A program made the position numbers and the translations under genes. Source: an uncultured candidate division Zixibacteria bacterium (lineage in GTDB: Bacteria; Zixibacteria; MSB-5A5; GN15; FEB-12). From it: a DNA stretch of 64,000 bases. The notes beneath the pieces were generated by a model that saw only the letters and a list, made by a program, of their open reading frames with translations, was not told the DNA's origin and did no database searches. Within the stretch, counting starts at the first letter, position 1; the number at the start of each line of letters is the position of its first letter. The stretch is taken from the NCBI GenBank assembly GCA_963806185.1, contig CAWDXE010000007.1, positions 224,001-288,000 of the forward strand, given 5' to 3'. Positions 52,952 to 63,786 of this stretch are shown here, in pieces.

Positions 52952-53766
52952 TGAAGCGCTCAACCGTGATCCTCTCCATCATCATAGCCATTCTGTTCAT
53001 CATCAGTTGGGCCCTCAAGGCTCGGACTGCAGCGCCGGACGACAACGGAATGCTCAATGGATTTCTGGTGACTTTCGCCGCCTTTCTGACGTTGGCGATC
53101 TTCTCGTTCCTGTACCAGGACAATCCGTTTTACAAATTTGCGGAGCATCTTTATGTCGGCGTTTCCGCCGCCTATTGGATGACACTTGGATTCTGGTCGA
53201 CTATTGTTGGAAACCTGATTCCGCGGTTGTCGGAGAGAATATCGGGTTGGTTCCTGGTACCGTACAATCCGGGGGAATACAATTTCATTTACTGGATACC
53301 GGTCATACTCGGTCTGCTGTTGCTGATGCGGCTTTCGCCCAAAGGGGGGTGGTTATCGCGCTGGGCGCTGGCCTTCATCGTCGGCACGACGGCTGGATTG
53401 AATTTTGTGCGCTATCTCCGCTCCGATTTTGTGGAACAGGTTTCAGCCAGTTTTCTCCCGCTGCTCGGGACAAACTGGCAGGGGTTTGGCGCATTCATCG
53501 CCAACATAGATTTGAATGCCTCAGGTCAGTTCGTGGCTATTTTGTCCAACTGGGTAATATTTACTGGCGTTGTGTGCGGAATTATCTATTTCTTCTTCTC
53601 CAAAGAGCACACCGGCGCTTTCGGCAAGGCCTCGCGCTACGGAATCTGGATTCTTATGATCACCTTTGGCGCCGCATTCGGCTACACGGTGATGGGCCGT
53701 ATCTCGCTCTTGGTTGGACGACTGACATTTCTTTTCAGGGACTGGTTGGGAATGACGATTAGTTAA
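52951..53766 (+). CDS. Module 2 subunit D
   Basis: AAFLTL..SFLYQDN, VGVSAAY, YFFFSKEH and FGAAFGYTVMGR. Confidence 0.85.
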   Translation: MKRSTVILSIIIAILFIISWALKARTAAPDDNGMLNGFLVTFAAFLTLAIFSFLYQDNPFYKFAEHLYVGVSAAYWMTLGFWSTIVGNLIPRLSERISGWFLVPYNPGEYNFIYWIPVILGLLLLMRLSPKGGWLSRWALAFIVGTTAGLNFVRYLRSDFVEQVSASFLPLLGTNWQGFGAFIANIDLNASGQFVAILSNWVIFTGVVCGIIYFFFSKEHTGAFGKASRYGIWILMITFGAAFGYTVMGRISLLVGRLTFLFRDWLGMTIS

Positions 53767-53792
53767 CGCTTCTCTTGTGACAGAGAGGGAGT

Positions 53793-55317
53793 ATGCAATA
53801 CATTCTACGATTCTGTCTGGCCATGGCAATGCTATCTGCCGTTGCTTCGGCCCAGACCGATCCCCCGCAGGCTGCGCCCGGAGATTCGGCCGCGACTGCG
53901 GTGGTGACCGCCACACTTGCCGTTCCGCCGGCACCGCCCACCGAGGTAGCCGGTCGGGACACGAAGAATGATCACGGTCATTCGGTTACGGTGACCTGGC
54001 AAAAATCGGCTGACGATAGCGCCGGGGCCAATACCGTGATCGGGTACCAGGTTTTTCGCTGGATTCCATTTTACATCGATACACTGGACTTGCTTCGCCG
54101 CCGGATCGACTCGGTCGCTCAAAAGCGCGCCGAGTACGAGGTCTACATCGATCGCTCGGGCAACCGGATCAGCTCCGCGACGCCCGAAGCGCAGAAAGTA
54201 ATCCAGGATTCCGTCAGCGGGATGGAAGTCGCGCAGCCGAAACTCGCGGCTCTCGAGAGCCAGTTGCGCGATGAGTTTGAGACTGGCGTGCAGACGCTCC
54301 CCGAGAAGCACAAGTCGTATCCGAACCATGGCGAATTCAGGGCGGTTGGCGCCACCCCCGCCGGGACTACTTTGCTGATCAATTCCGGGTCCAAAGAGAA
54401 GGAATCAGGATCATACATCCCCGACTATTCTGATTTCTACTACAGAGTTGATGCGCTGACGGTCGACACAACGGTGCGATCGTCCTCCGAGGTCTGCGGA
54501 CCGGTGCAATGTAAGGGGCAGTGGTTCAACACCGGGCGTATACCCGTCCTGACCGCGGTCCTGATTTTCGCGGCACTAACCATGTGGTTTGTCTACCGTG
54601 CCAAACGAGGCGCCGACCTCTACGTTCGGCCGCTCGCCGGCATTGAGGCGGTCGACGACGCTATCGGTCGTGCCACCGAAATGGGCAAACCGATTCTTTA
54701 CGTACTTGGTCTGGGCACAGCGGCCGACATTGCCACTATCGCCTCATTCACGATTCTCGGCCGCGTCGCCAAGCGGGTGGCGGAATATCAGACCGACCCT
54801 GATTGTGCCGTGCTACGATCCGATCGTGATGTCGGTCGCACAGGAGGTGGTCAAGTCGTCCTATCTCGACGCCGGCCGCCCTGACGCCTATAAGGAAGAT
54901 CACGTCTATTTCGTCACGCAGTCGCAGTTCGCATACGTCGCTGCAGTCAACGGTATCATGCTTCGCGAGCTGCCGGCGACCAACGTCTACATGGGCAAGT
55001 TCTACGCGGAATCGCTGCTGCTGGCGGAAACCGGGGCGCTGGCCGGGTCGATTCAGATCTCCGGCACCGATGAGGTGTCTCAGATTCCATTCTTCGTCGT
55101 CGCGTGTGACTACACGCTGATCGGCGAGGAACTCTACGCCGCGTCGGCCTATCTTGCGCGCGAACCCCTGCTTCTGGGATCGCTCAAAGCGCAGGATTAT
55201 GCCAAGGCGGCCGTTATCATTCTGGCCATTGTCGGTATGCTGGCGGTCAATATCGGCGCCGCGGCGAATTCTCAATGGCTGATGGCTTTCAAAAACATTT
55301 TCCAGGTCGTGGACTAG
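53793..55317 (+). CDS. Module 3 subunit A (Fn3-like with helical insert + DUF6754-like; frameshift ~54797)
   Basis: VRPLAGIEAVDDAIGRATEMG in fragment 1; FVVACDYTLIGEELYAASAYL in fragment 2. Confidence 0.8.
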
Positions 55318-55327
55318 GAGGGCGCAG

Positions 55328-55978
55328 ATGAAACGACAACTTCCATTTGTCCTGGTGTTCATCTCCGGCGTCTTCATGATTTTCCAGTACTTCGTGCCTC
55401 ATGAAAAGTCGGAATGGCTCTACGAATACTTGCTCGACTGGATCACGATCATCGGGATATTTGCCCTGGCGCTCGGGATCTGGTCGCTGATTCTGGTGAG
55501 CGTAGACAAAATCAAGAACCGGCGGCTGCACTGGCAGTACAGCATCGTAACGCTGGCCGGCCTGTTCCTGATGATTCTCTTCGGCTTTACCGCTCAAATC
55601 GACGGTCACTGGGGATTTTACTTCTATACGCAGGAAGGGCTCACCAATCCGCCGTTCCGCCGTTTCTTTGAGTTTGTGCTGACGCCGATTCAGGCGACTA
55701 TGTTCGCGCTGCTGGCGTTCTACATCGCATCAGCGGCCTACCGCGCTTTCCGCGCGCGCAATGTGCTGGCGACGTTGCTTCTGTGTGCCGCCATCATTCT
55801 GATGCTCCGCTTCTCACCGGGCTTCGGTGACTACCTGTCCAAGACGGCCAGTTGGCTCCTCAATGTGCCGACGCTGGCGGCCAACCGTGCGATCATCATC
55901 GGCATCGGACTCGGCATGGTGGCCACCGCGCTCAAGGTCATTCTCGGCATCGAACGCGGCTACATGGGGAAAGGGTGA
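55328..55978 (+). CDS. Module 3 subunit B
   Basis: MFALLAFYIASAAYRAFRAR and RAIIIGI...LGIERGY. Confidence 0.85.
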   Translation: MKRQLPFVLVFISGVFMIFQYFVPHEKSEWLYEYLLDWITIIGIFALALGIWSLILVSVDKIKNRRLHWQYSIVTLAGLFLMILFGFTAQIDGHWGFYFYTQEGLTNPPFRRFFEFVLTPIQATMFALLAFYIASAAYRAFRARNVLATLLLCAAIILMLRFSPGFGDYLSKTASWLLNVPTLAANRAIIIGIGLGMVATALKVILGIERGYMGKG

Positions 55979-55981
55979 TCT

Positions 55982-56867
55982 ATGGCACAACAAGAAAATA
56001 TCTTTGATCACCTGATGTCGCTGGATCGCCGGTGGGTATTTCTCCTGCTCGTGATCGTCTGCGTTATCGGCTATGTCGCCGACTACGAAGTGCCGATTCT
56101 GGTCCAGCGTGAAGTGAAGTCGATCTACACGTTCATTGACACGCTAAAACCGAGACCAGACGATCTTCGTCGCGATCGACTACGATCCGAACTCTCAGGC
56201 CGAGCTCCATCCGATGACTTACGCCATCATGGAGCAGGCCTTCCGCAAGAACCTGAAGGTCATCTTCACGGCTCTGTCGCAGAACGGCCCCGGTATGGCC
56301 GATCAGGCGATTCGAGATATCGCCGATTCGGTTAAGCTCGATCGCACCTACAACGGTGTTGCGTACAAGGGGCGCGAAATCGTCAACGGTGTCGATTACG
56401 CGTTTCTCGGCTACAAACCGTACTACGCGCTGCACATTCTCGGCATGGGGCAGAATTTCCGCCTACCGTTCCCGAACGACTACTACGGCACGCCGCTGGA
56501 TTCGCTGCCGGTGATGAACGGTATCCTGAATTACAGTCAGGTGGCGTGTGTGATCGATCTTTCGTCGGGAAATATTACCGACGCCTGGATTTCTTACGGT
56601 CAGGGACGCTTCGACTTCCCGCTGGCGCTCGCGGTGACCGGCGTGCAAGCCACGCAGTACTATCCGTTTCTCAACTCCGGCCAGGTGTTCGGCATCATGG
56701 GTGGAATGCTGGGAGCGGCGCAGTATGAGAAACTGGCCGATAACCCGGGGCTGGCCATAGACGCCATGCGTGTGCACCTGCCCGCGCACTAGATGATCAT
56801 TGCATTCATCATCCTGGGCAATGTCGGCTTTCTCATGAGCCGTCGCGCAAGAAAGTTAGGGAGGTAA
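55982..56867 (+). CDS. Module 3 subunit C (frameshift ~56155; in-frame TAG at 56790)
   Basis: DRRWVFL, DYDP...ELHPM, GVDYAFLG and YPF...GIMGGMLGAAQYE. After the TAG the same frame gives MIIAFIILGNVGF, matching the C-termini of C1 and C2. Confidence 0.78.
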
Positions 56868-56872
56868 GGCAT

Positions 56873-57673
56873 ATGGAATTCTCAACCTATCTCTGGACGA
56901 CGCTCGCCGCTTTCCTGACTTTGTGCACGTTTTCGTTTCTGTACAAGGACAATCCGTTCTACCGGTTCGCCGAACATCTCGTGGTCGGCGTCTCGGCGGG
57001 CTACTTCGTGATTATTCTCTGGCACAATTCGCTCGTGCCGAACCTGTTTCAGCGATTGGCTGATGGCACGCCATGGCTCCTGTGGATTGACTCGTCGCAC
57101 CCCTGGTACCTGATACCGGCCCTGCTCGGCTTCATGATGTTCTCTCGTTTTTCGAGAGATTACACCTGGGTTTCGCGATGGCCGATGGCGCTGTATATCG
57201 GTATTTCCGCCGGCCTGGCCGTGCCGCTTGAAATGTCAAACCGCGTCAACAAGCAGTTGTATGCGGCGATGTCGAACTTCAATTGGTCGTACTTCGGTGG
57301 GTCGGGGTTCCTCGACACCATGTCAGGCTATTCGCAATTGATCATCTTCGTCGGTGCGATCGCGGCGCTCATATACTTTTTCTTTTCCAAGGCCCATACC
57401 GGCGCCTTTGGCGGAATCGCGAAATTCGGCTTGTGGATCCTGATGATCGGCTTCGGCGCGTCGTTCGGCTTCACGGTTATGGCGCGTATCTCGCTGTTTA
57501 TCAATCGTATTCAGTTCCTCGATAAATCATGGATTCAGACCGCCTTCAATGCGGAGAATGCGCATTACAACGGCGGGTTCAAGATTGTCTTTGCCCTCGT
57601 CGTCCTTATTGTTTTGGCGTACATTGTGTTGGAGTTGTTGAAGCACCTGCGGCGGCAAAGTGCGCAATCGTAG
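56873..57673 (+). CDS. Module 3 subunit D
   Basis: AAFLTL..SFLYKDN, VGVSAGY, YFFFSKAH and FGASFGFTVMAR. Confidence 0.85.
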   Translation: MEFSTYLWTTLAAFLTLCTFSFLYKDNPFYRFAEHLVVGVSAGYFVIILWHNSLVPNLFQRLADGTPWLLWIDSSHPWYLIPALLGFMMFSRFSRDYTWVSRWPMALYIGISAGLAVPLEMSNRVNKQLYAAMSNFNWSYFGGSGFLDTMSGYSQLIIFVGAIAALIYFFFSKAHTGAFGGIAKFGLWILMIGFGASFGFTVMARISLFINRIQFLDKSWIQTAFNAENAHYNGGFKIVFALVVLIVLAYIVLELLKHLRRQSAQS

Positions 57674-57725
57674 GGCAAAGTAGTCAAAGTTTTTATATTG
57701 CATCGCAAACACCGGTATTAAACAT

Positions 57726-57764
57726 TGGGCGAGCGGAACTCAGAGCCGTTCGCCCAGTTCTTTT
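57726..57764 (+). terminator. Probable terminator closing the 12-gene run
   Basis: TGGGCGAGCGG...CCGTTCGCCCA stem followed by GTTCTTTT. Confidence 0.6.
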
Positions 57765-57946
57765 GGGTGACTGGTGACCCCTTTGGCGGACATGGTGTTG
57801 ACCCGCGACGTCGGGTCGGCCGAGGAAACATGATTTGCAACAGCAAGGGAACCAATGAGTTGCGATGAATTGACAAAGTAGGACCTTTAACTCGTTTGAC
57901 GTAAGGAGGTTAGGCGGGATTTTTTCTATTTTCTATCATTTTCTGC

Positions 57947-57975
57947 TTGACATACGGGCAAAGTTTTCCTATGAT
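57947..57975 (+). promoter_or_regulatory. Near-consensus sigma70 promoter
   Basis: TTGACA-N17-TATGAT preceded by a T-rich UP-like tract. Confidence 0.75.
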
Positions 57976-58057
57976 TGGCGCGGTGTGAGGAACCACCACC
58001 TATTGCTGTTGTAAATTCAAGGGTAGCAACGTCAAACACAGGGAAAGTGAGGTGGGT

Positions 58058-58420
58058 ATGGCTCGGACTGGCAAATCTGCCCTAGCCACATCTGCATCCA
58101 CCGAGGCTACCAGCCAGGGGGAACAGCCGAGAGAAGCGGGCACACACGCTACCGCCAGATTGTCGACCGCGGAGGCCCGTCGGGAATATCAGCGTCGATA
58201 CTACCAAATGCACAAGGAAAAGGCTAAGGAGTATCAGCGGCAGTACAACCTGACACACAAGAAGAAAGCGCGCGGGGGACGGGGCAAGACGAGTTTCTTG
58301 CAGTCCCGCGAAGTTGTCCGGTCGACGTTTAACACCGGTGATATCATGCACTCGCCGGTCGAAAAGACGCTCAAAATGCTGGAAAAGATCATCCGTGGAG
58401 AACGTTTATTCACCATGTAA
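58058..58420 (+). CDS. Small basic hypothetical protein
   Basis: RBS GAGGTG; own promoter and terminator; REYQRRYYQMHKEKAKEYQRQY helix followed by KKKARGGRGK. Confidence 0.7.
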   Translation: MARTGKSALATSASTEATSQGEQPREAGTHATARLSTAEARREYQRRYYQMHKEKAKEYQRQYNLTHKKKARGGRGKTSFLQSREVVRSTFNTGDIMHSPVEKTLKMLEKIIRGERLFTM

Positions 58421-58462
58421 GCGATCTGGCACCGGCGACAGAGACAAAACAAACGATTCTTG

Positions 58463-58502
58463 GGCGGTCGATGGGGAATGAGCTAATTCGATCGCCTTTT
58501 TT
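58463..58502 (+). terminator. Probable intrinsic terminator
   Basis: GGCGGTCGA...TCGATCGCC followed by TTTTTT. Confidence 0.55.
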
Positions 58503-58576
58503 ATTGCGGGCGGGCGATTTCTGGTTAGATTTGAAGGTTCGTTTGGGAATATGTTGTTCGGAATTAAGGAGATAGT

Positions 58577-61357
58577 ATGCCAGCCAAAACAGTAACCGGG
58601 GCAAAGAAGGCGGCTGTCGAAAAAGCTCCCTCTCAGAAGCCTGCTCGTAAATCCAGCGCCGAGGCCAAGGCCGCCCATTACACAGGGAAGTATTACTACT
58701 TCTTTGGCGACGGCAAGGCCGACGGCCGTGCCGATATGAAGGAACTTCTCGGTGGCAAAGGGGCCAATCTGGCCGAGATGACCAATGCCGGGGTTCCGGT
58801 GCCTCCGGGTTTCACCATCACCACCGAGGTCTGCCGCATATTCTATCAGAATAATATGCGCGTCCCGAAGGATATCGACCATGAACTTGAAGAATTGGTC
58901 GGTCAAGATTGAGAAAGCCTCGGGCAAGAAATTCGGCGATCCGGCCAACCCGCTGCTCGTGTCCGTCCGCTCCGGCGCCAAGTTCTCCATGCCCGGCATG
59001 ATGGACACGATTCTTAATCTCGGTCTTAACGAGGAAACGGTCGAAGGGCTCATCAAGAAGACCAACAATCCGCGCTTCGCACTGGACAACTATCGCCGCT
59101 TCATTGCCATGTTCGGCAATGTCGTGCTCGGCATCGACAAGGAAGAATTCGAAGAAGTCATTACCAAGAAGAAGAAAGAGCGCCGCGTCAAGCAGGACAG
59201 CTCGCTTCAGGTCGACGATCTCAAGGACATCGTCAAAAAATTCAAGCAGATTATCAACCGCAAGTCTGGCGAGCAGTTCCCGGATGATCCTTGGGACCAG
59301 CTTCGCATGGCCCGGGACGCCGTCTTTCGCACTTGGAACAACCCGCGCGCCATCACCTATCGGCGTCTGAACAACATTCCCGCCGATCTCGGCACGGCGG
59401 TCAATATCCAGGCGATGGTCTTCGGTAACATGGGGAATCAATCGGCGACCGGTGTCGGCTTCACCCGTAATCCTTCCAACGGCGTCAAGGAATTCTACGG
59501 TGAGTATCTGGTCAACGCGCAGGGCGAGGATGTCGTGGCCGGCGTACGTACGCCGCAGCCGATCAAGGATCTGGGCAACGAGATGCCGGCGATCTACAAG
59601 CAGCTGAAGGACATCACCACGCGCCTCGAAAAGCACTACCGCGACATCCAGGACTTCGAGTTCACCATCGAGGAAGGTGAGCTGTACATGCTGCAGACGC
59701 GCAACGGCAAGCGGACGGTGCAGGCGGCAGTCAAGATCGCCGTCGACATGGTGAAGGAGAAGCTGATCACCAAGGAAGAGGCGCTCATGCGGATCGAGCC
59801 GGCACAGATCGATCAGCTGCTGCATCCGCGCATTGACCCGAAGGCGACTTATGATGTCGTCGCCAAGGGATTGGCCGGCGTCGCCGGGCGCAGCCTGCGG
59901 TCGCGTCTACTTTACGGCCGAAGACGCCGTAAAGCACGGCGCAGAAGGAATCGGTGATTCTCGTCCGTGACGAAACCAACCCGGACGATATCGAAGGGAT
60001 GAACGTCGCAGTGGGCATTCTGACCGCTCGCGGCGGGATGACCTCGCATGCGGCGGTGGTTGCGCGCGGTATGGGCAAATGCTGTGTCACCGGCGCCGAG
60101 ACGGTGCGCGTCAATCATCATAAGAAATTCTTCCAGGTCGGCACGCTGACCATTAAAGAAGGCGAAGTTGTCACGCTCAATGGTTCGACCGGTGAAGTCA
60201 TTCTCGGCTCGGTACCGACAATTGAGCCGGAATTGTCCGGGGAATTCTCGGAGCTGATGAGATGGGCGGACGAAATCCGTACGCTCAAAGTTCGCGCCAA
60301 TGCCGACATCCCGCGCGATGCGATCCAGGCGATCAAGTTCGGCGCCGAAGGGATCGGCCTCTGCCGTACCGAGCACATGTTCTTCGCCGAGGATCGCATT
60401 CCGATCGTGCAGGAGATGATTCTGGCCGATACGCCCGAGGCCCGTCAGGCCGCCCTCGACAAGCTCTTGCCTTTCCAGAAGAAGGATTTCAAGGGGTTGT
60501 TCGACGCCATGGACGGATTGCCGGTGACTATTCGGACGCTCGATCCGCCGCTTCACGAGTTCCTGCCGCGGAAGGAAGAGATCGAGGCCCGTATCAAGGG
60601 GCTGGATCCCAAAGGGGACAACTACGAGGACGATCTTGCGGCATTGCAGAAGACGCTCAAGCGAATCGACGAGCTCCATGAGCTGAATCCGATGCTGGGT
60701 CATCGCGGCTGCCGTCTTGGCATCGTTTTCCCCGAGATCACTGAGATGCAGGTGCGCGCAATCATCCAGGCCGCCTGTGACATCCAGAAGACCGGCAAAA
60801 AGGTATTCCCGGAAATCATGATTCCACTGATTGGACATGTTAACGAGTTCCTCAACCAGAAGGAAGTAGTGCATCGGGTTGCGAATGAGATGATCAGCAA
60901 GACGAAGATGAAGGATCTGAAGTATCTGGTCGGTACGATGATCGAAATTCCCCGGGCGGCAATAACGGCCGACGAGATAGCCGCTGAGGCCGAGTTCTTC
61001 AGCTTCGGCACCAACGATTTGACGCAGATGACGATGGGCTTCTCGCGCGACGACGCCGGGAAGTTCCTCGGCTATTACGTCAAGAACGGTATCCTCCCGG
61101 GCGATCCCTTCGTGTCGATCGACCAAAACGGCGTGGGCCAGTTGGTCAAGATGGGCAAGGAGAGGGGTCGGAGCGTTCGTCCTGACCTCAAGGTGGGTGT
61201 TTGCGGTGAACATGGTGGTGACCCGACTTCGATAGAGTTTTTCCACTCGATCGGTCTCGATTACGTCTCCTGCTCGCCCTACCGGGTGCCGATCGCACGG
61301 CTGGCTGCGGCCCAGGCGACGATCAAGTCAGGTGACAAGGCGAAGAAGAACAAGTAA
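58577..61357 (+). CDS. ppdK: Pyruvate, phosphate dikinase (frameshifts ~58895, ~59880, ~59945)
   Basis: [39 protein letters not shown] (phospho-His), [19 protein letters not shown] and CGEHGG. Confidence 0.93.
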
Positions 61358-61379
61358 ACCACTTTAAGCGATATGAGCG

Positions 61380-61411
61380 AAGGCCGCCAACTCCTTGTGG
61401 CGGCCTTTCTT
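61380..61411 (+). terminator. Intrinsic terminator
   Basis: AAGGCCGCCA...TGGCGGCCTT followed by TCTT. Confidence 0.7.
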
Positions 61412-61577
61412 ATGCCGGACACGAAAGGGACGAAAGTGGGAACTTTCCCTTGACTTTTCGCGTCTGTGCCGTTCCTTTGCCTCCAAAATTGAACTTAAGG
61501 AAAATTTCCCGCATCGCGCTTGAGGATGGCCTCTCCGGCCCCTCGCTCCATTCCGGGATACAGCATCTGAGCCTACC

Positions 61578-63701
61578 ATGAAACATGAACTTGATTATAT
61601 CTTCCGACCGCAATCGGTTGCCGTGATCGGTGCTTCGACTCGAAAGGGAACCATCGGTCGCGAAACCCTTCACAACATTCTGAGTGCGGAATTCAACGGC
61701 AAAGTCTTTCCGGTCAACCCGAAAGCGCCGGTCATTCATTCTATCAAAGCCTATTCAACCATCCTCGATGTTCCTGACGCCGTTGATTTGGCCATTATCA
61801 TCGTGCCCAAAGAAGGGGTACTCGAAGTCGTGCAGCAGTGCGGCATGAAGGGGGTCAAAGGACTGGTCGTCATCACCGCCGGGTTCTCGGAAGTTGGTCC
61901 GGAGGGCAAAGCGCGCGAGCTGGCGATTGTCGAAGCGGCACAGCGGCATGGCATTCGCATGATCGGTCCCAATTGCTTCGGCGTGGTCAATACCGATCCG
62001 ACCATTTCGCTAAATGCCACTTTCGGCAAGACCTTTCCCAAAGAAGGAAATGTGGGGTTCATCACTCAATCCGGCGCCATGGGCGAGGCGATCATGAGCC
62101 AGGCCCGCGAATTGGGCATTGGCTTTTCGGTTGTAGCGTCGATCGGTAACAAGGCCGATATCTCGTCGAACGATATTCTGGCCTATCTTAGAGATGACCC
62201 CCGCACCAACATTATCCTCATGTATCTGGAGAACTTCGGCAATCCGCGCAATTTCACCCGCATAGCTCGCGAAGTCTCCCGCCTCAAACCGATTGTCGCA
62301 GTAAAGTCGGGACGCACAAAACTCGGCGCCAAAGCAGCGTCATCGCATACCGGGGCGCTGGCGGGGTTGGACGTCGGCGTCGACGCCCTCTTCGAACAGA
62401 CCGGCATTATGCGCGTGGACACGATCGAAGAACTCTTCGATGTTGCGGCGGCCCTTTCTCAGCAGCCTATTCCGAAGGGTAACCGGGTCGTGGTCGTCAC
62501 GAACGCCGGCGGACCGGGCATTCTGGCCACGGACGCGTTGATCAATAACGGCATGGATATGCCACCACTGGCCAAGGCGACCATTGCTGAGCTGAAGAAA
62601 TTCAGCGCGGCCGAAGCGTCGTTCTCGAACCCTATGGACATGGTCGCGGGAGCCGGCGGACTGGCCTTCAATAATACGCTTTCCGCCATCAAGAAAGACC
62701 CGCGCTACGATACCATCATACCGATTTTTGTTCCGCCGGTGACGATCGACCAGCTGGACGTCGCCAAGAATATTTACGAGGCCGTGGCCGATACCGACAA
62801 AACCGTGCTCGCCTGCTTCATGGGCGCCGGTGAGGGCTCGGAGGCCGTTAACTATCTCAAAGCGCGCAATATCCCCGTCTACATTTTCCCGGAGGCAGTG
62901 GCCAAGACGCTGGCTCATATCTATGACTATAAGAAGTGGCTCGGTCGTCCGCGAGGGAAGGTAAAGACTTTCAAGGTGAATCAAGAGCGCGTCAGGCAGA
63001 CGATTGCCCGGACACTCAAAGACGGCGATGGCGCCATCGTGGGCAAGGATGCCGTGGAAATCCTCAGCGCTTACGGCATTCCGGCGGCCGATTACAAGTT
63101 CGCCTGGACACCCAAAGAAGTGGTCCAGGTTGCCAATGAGATGGGCTATCCGCTGGTCATGAAAATCAATACTCCTTCCGTGCTGCACAAGACCGAAGTG
63201 GGCGGCGTCATGGTCGACCTGCGCTCGGATAAGGAAGTACGCGATGCTTTTGCCGAACTCGAATCCCGAGTGGGCAAGTTGAAAAAAGGGGAGAAGTTCT
63301 CGGTCGCACTTCAGCACATGATCAGCGGTGATGTCGAAACCGTCATCGGCATGACGACCGATCCGTCATTTGGCCCGCTGATTATGTTCGGTCTCGGCGG
63401 TATCTATGTCGAGGTCATGAAAGATGTGGCCTTTAGGGTCAATCCCCTGACCGACGAGGGGGCGAAGGAGATGATTCGCTCGCTCAAATCGTATCCCCTG
63501 CTGACCGGATTCCGTGGAGCGCCGCCGGTCGATCTTGCGACGATTGAGGATACGCTGTTGCGCCTTTCTCAGTTAGTCCGCGATTTTGACTGCTTCTCAG
63601 AAATCGACATCAACCCGTTCATCGTCTCTTCGGACAAGGCGGCATGCAAGGCGGTGGATGCCCGGTTTATCGTGAAGCGCATTAAGCCGACCGCGCATTA
63701 A
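61578..63701 (+). CDS. ADP-forming acetate/acyl-CoA ligase, alpha-beta fusion
   Basis: SVAVIGAS, GPNCFG, TQSGA, AASSHTGAL (phospho-His), TNAGGPG, HKTEVGGV and DINP; no GNAT domain. Confidence 0.9.
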   Translation: MKHELDYIFRPQSVAVIGASTRKGTIGRETLHNILSAEFNGKVFPVNPKAPVIHSIKAYSTILDVPDAVDLAIIIVPKEGVLEVVQQCGMKGVKGLVVITAGFSEVGPEGKARELAIVEAAQRHGIRMIGPNCFGVVNTDPTISLNATFGKTFPKEGNVGFITQSGAMGEAIMSQARELGIGFSVVASIGNKADISSNDILAYLRDDPRTNIILMYLENFGNPRNFTRIAREVSRLKPIVAVKSGRTKLGAKAASSHTGALAGLDVGVDALFEQTGIMRVDTIEELFDVAAALSQQPIPKGNRVVVVTNAGGPGILATDALINNGMDMPPLAKATIAELKKFSAAEASFSNPMDMVAGAGGLAFNNTLSAIKKDPRYDTIIPIFVPPVTIDQLDVAKNIYEAVADTDKTVLACFMGAGEGSEAVNYLKARNIPVYIFPEAVAKTLAHIYDYKKWLGRPRGKVKTFKVNQERVRQTIARTLKDGDGAIVGKDAVEILSAYGIPAADYKFAWTPKEVVQVANEMGYPLVMKINTPSVLHKTEVGGVMVDLRSDKEVRDAFAELESRVGKLKKGEKFSVALQHMISGDVETVIGMTTDPSFGPLIMFGLGGIYVEVMKDVAFRVNPLTDEGAKEMIRSLKSYPLLTGFRGAPPVDLATIEDTLLRLSQLVRDFDCFSEIDINPFIVSSDKAACKAVDARFIVKRIKPTAH

Positions 63702-63786
63702 ATTGCTTGTACTTGGACGTGTCCCGTCCTATGTTCGACCGAACCAGCGCCACCATTACGGGCGGCAGAGAACGAGTCATTAGAGT

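Noticed and set aside
56790..56792. In-frame TAG in subunit C3 as pyrrolysine or programmed readthrough
   Set aside because: It aligns with Leu/Met in C1 and C2 (AHL, AHM), the same gene has another break, no pyl genes are in the window, and other genes use TAG as a normal stop. A base-call error is more likely.
46474..57673. Assembly-artefact triplication, or a known ABC/TRAP/Rnf/Mrp system
   Set aside because: The copies differ greatly in sequence and length, so they are old paralogues. I found no diagnostic motifs of those systems.
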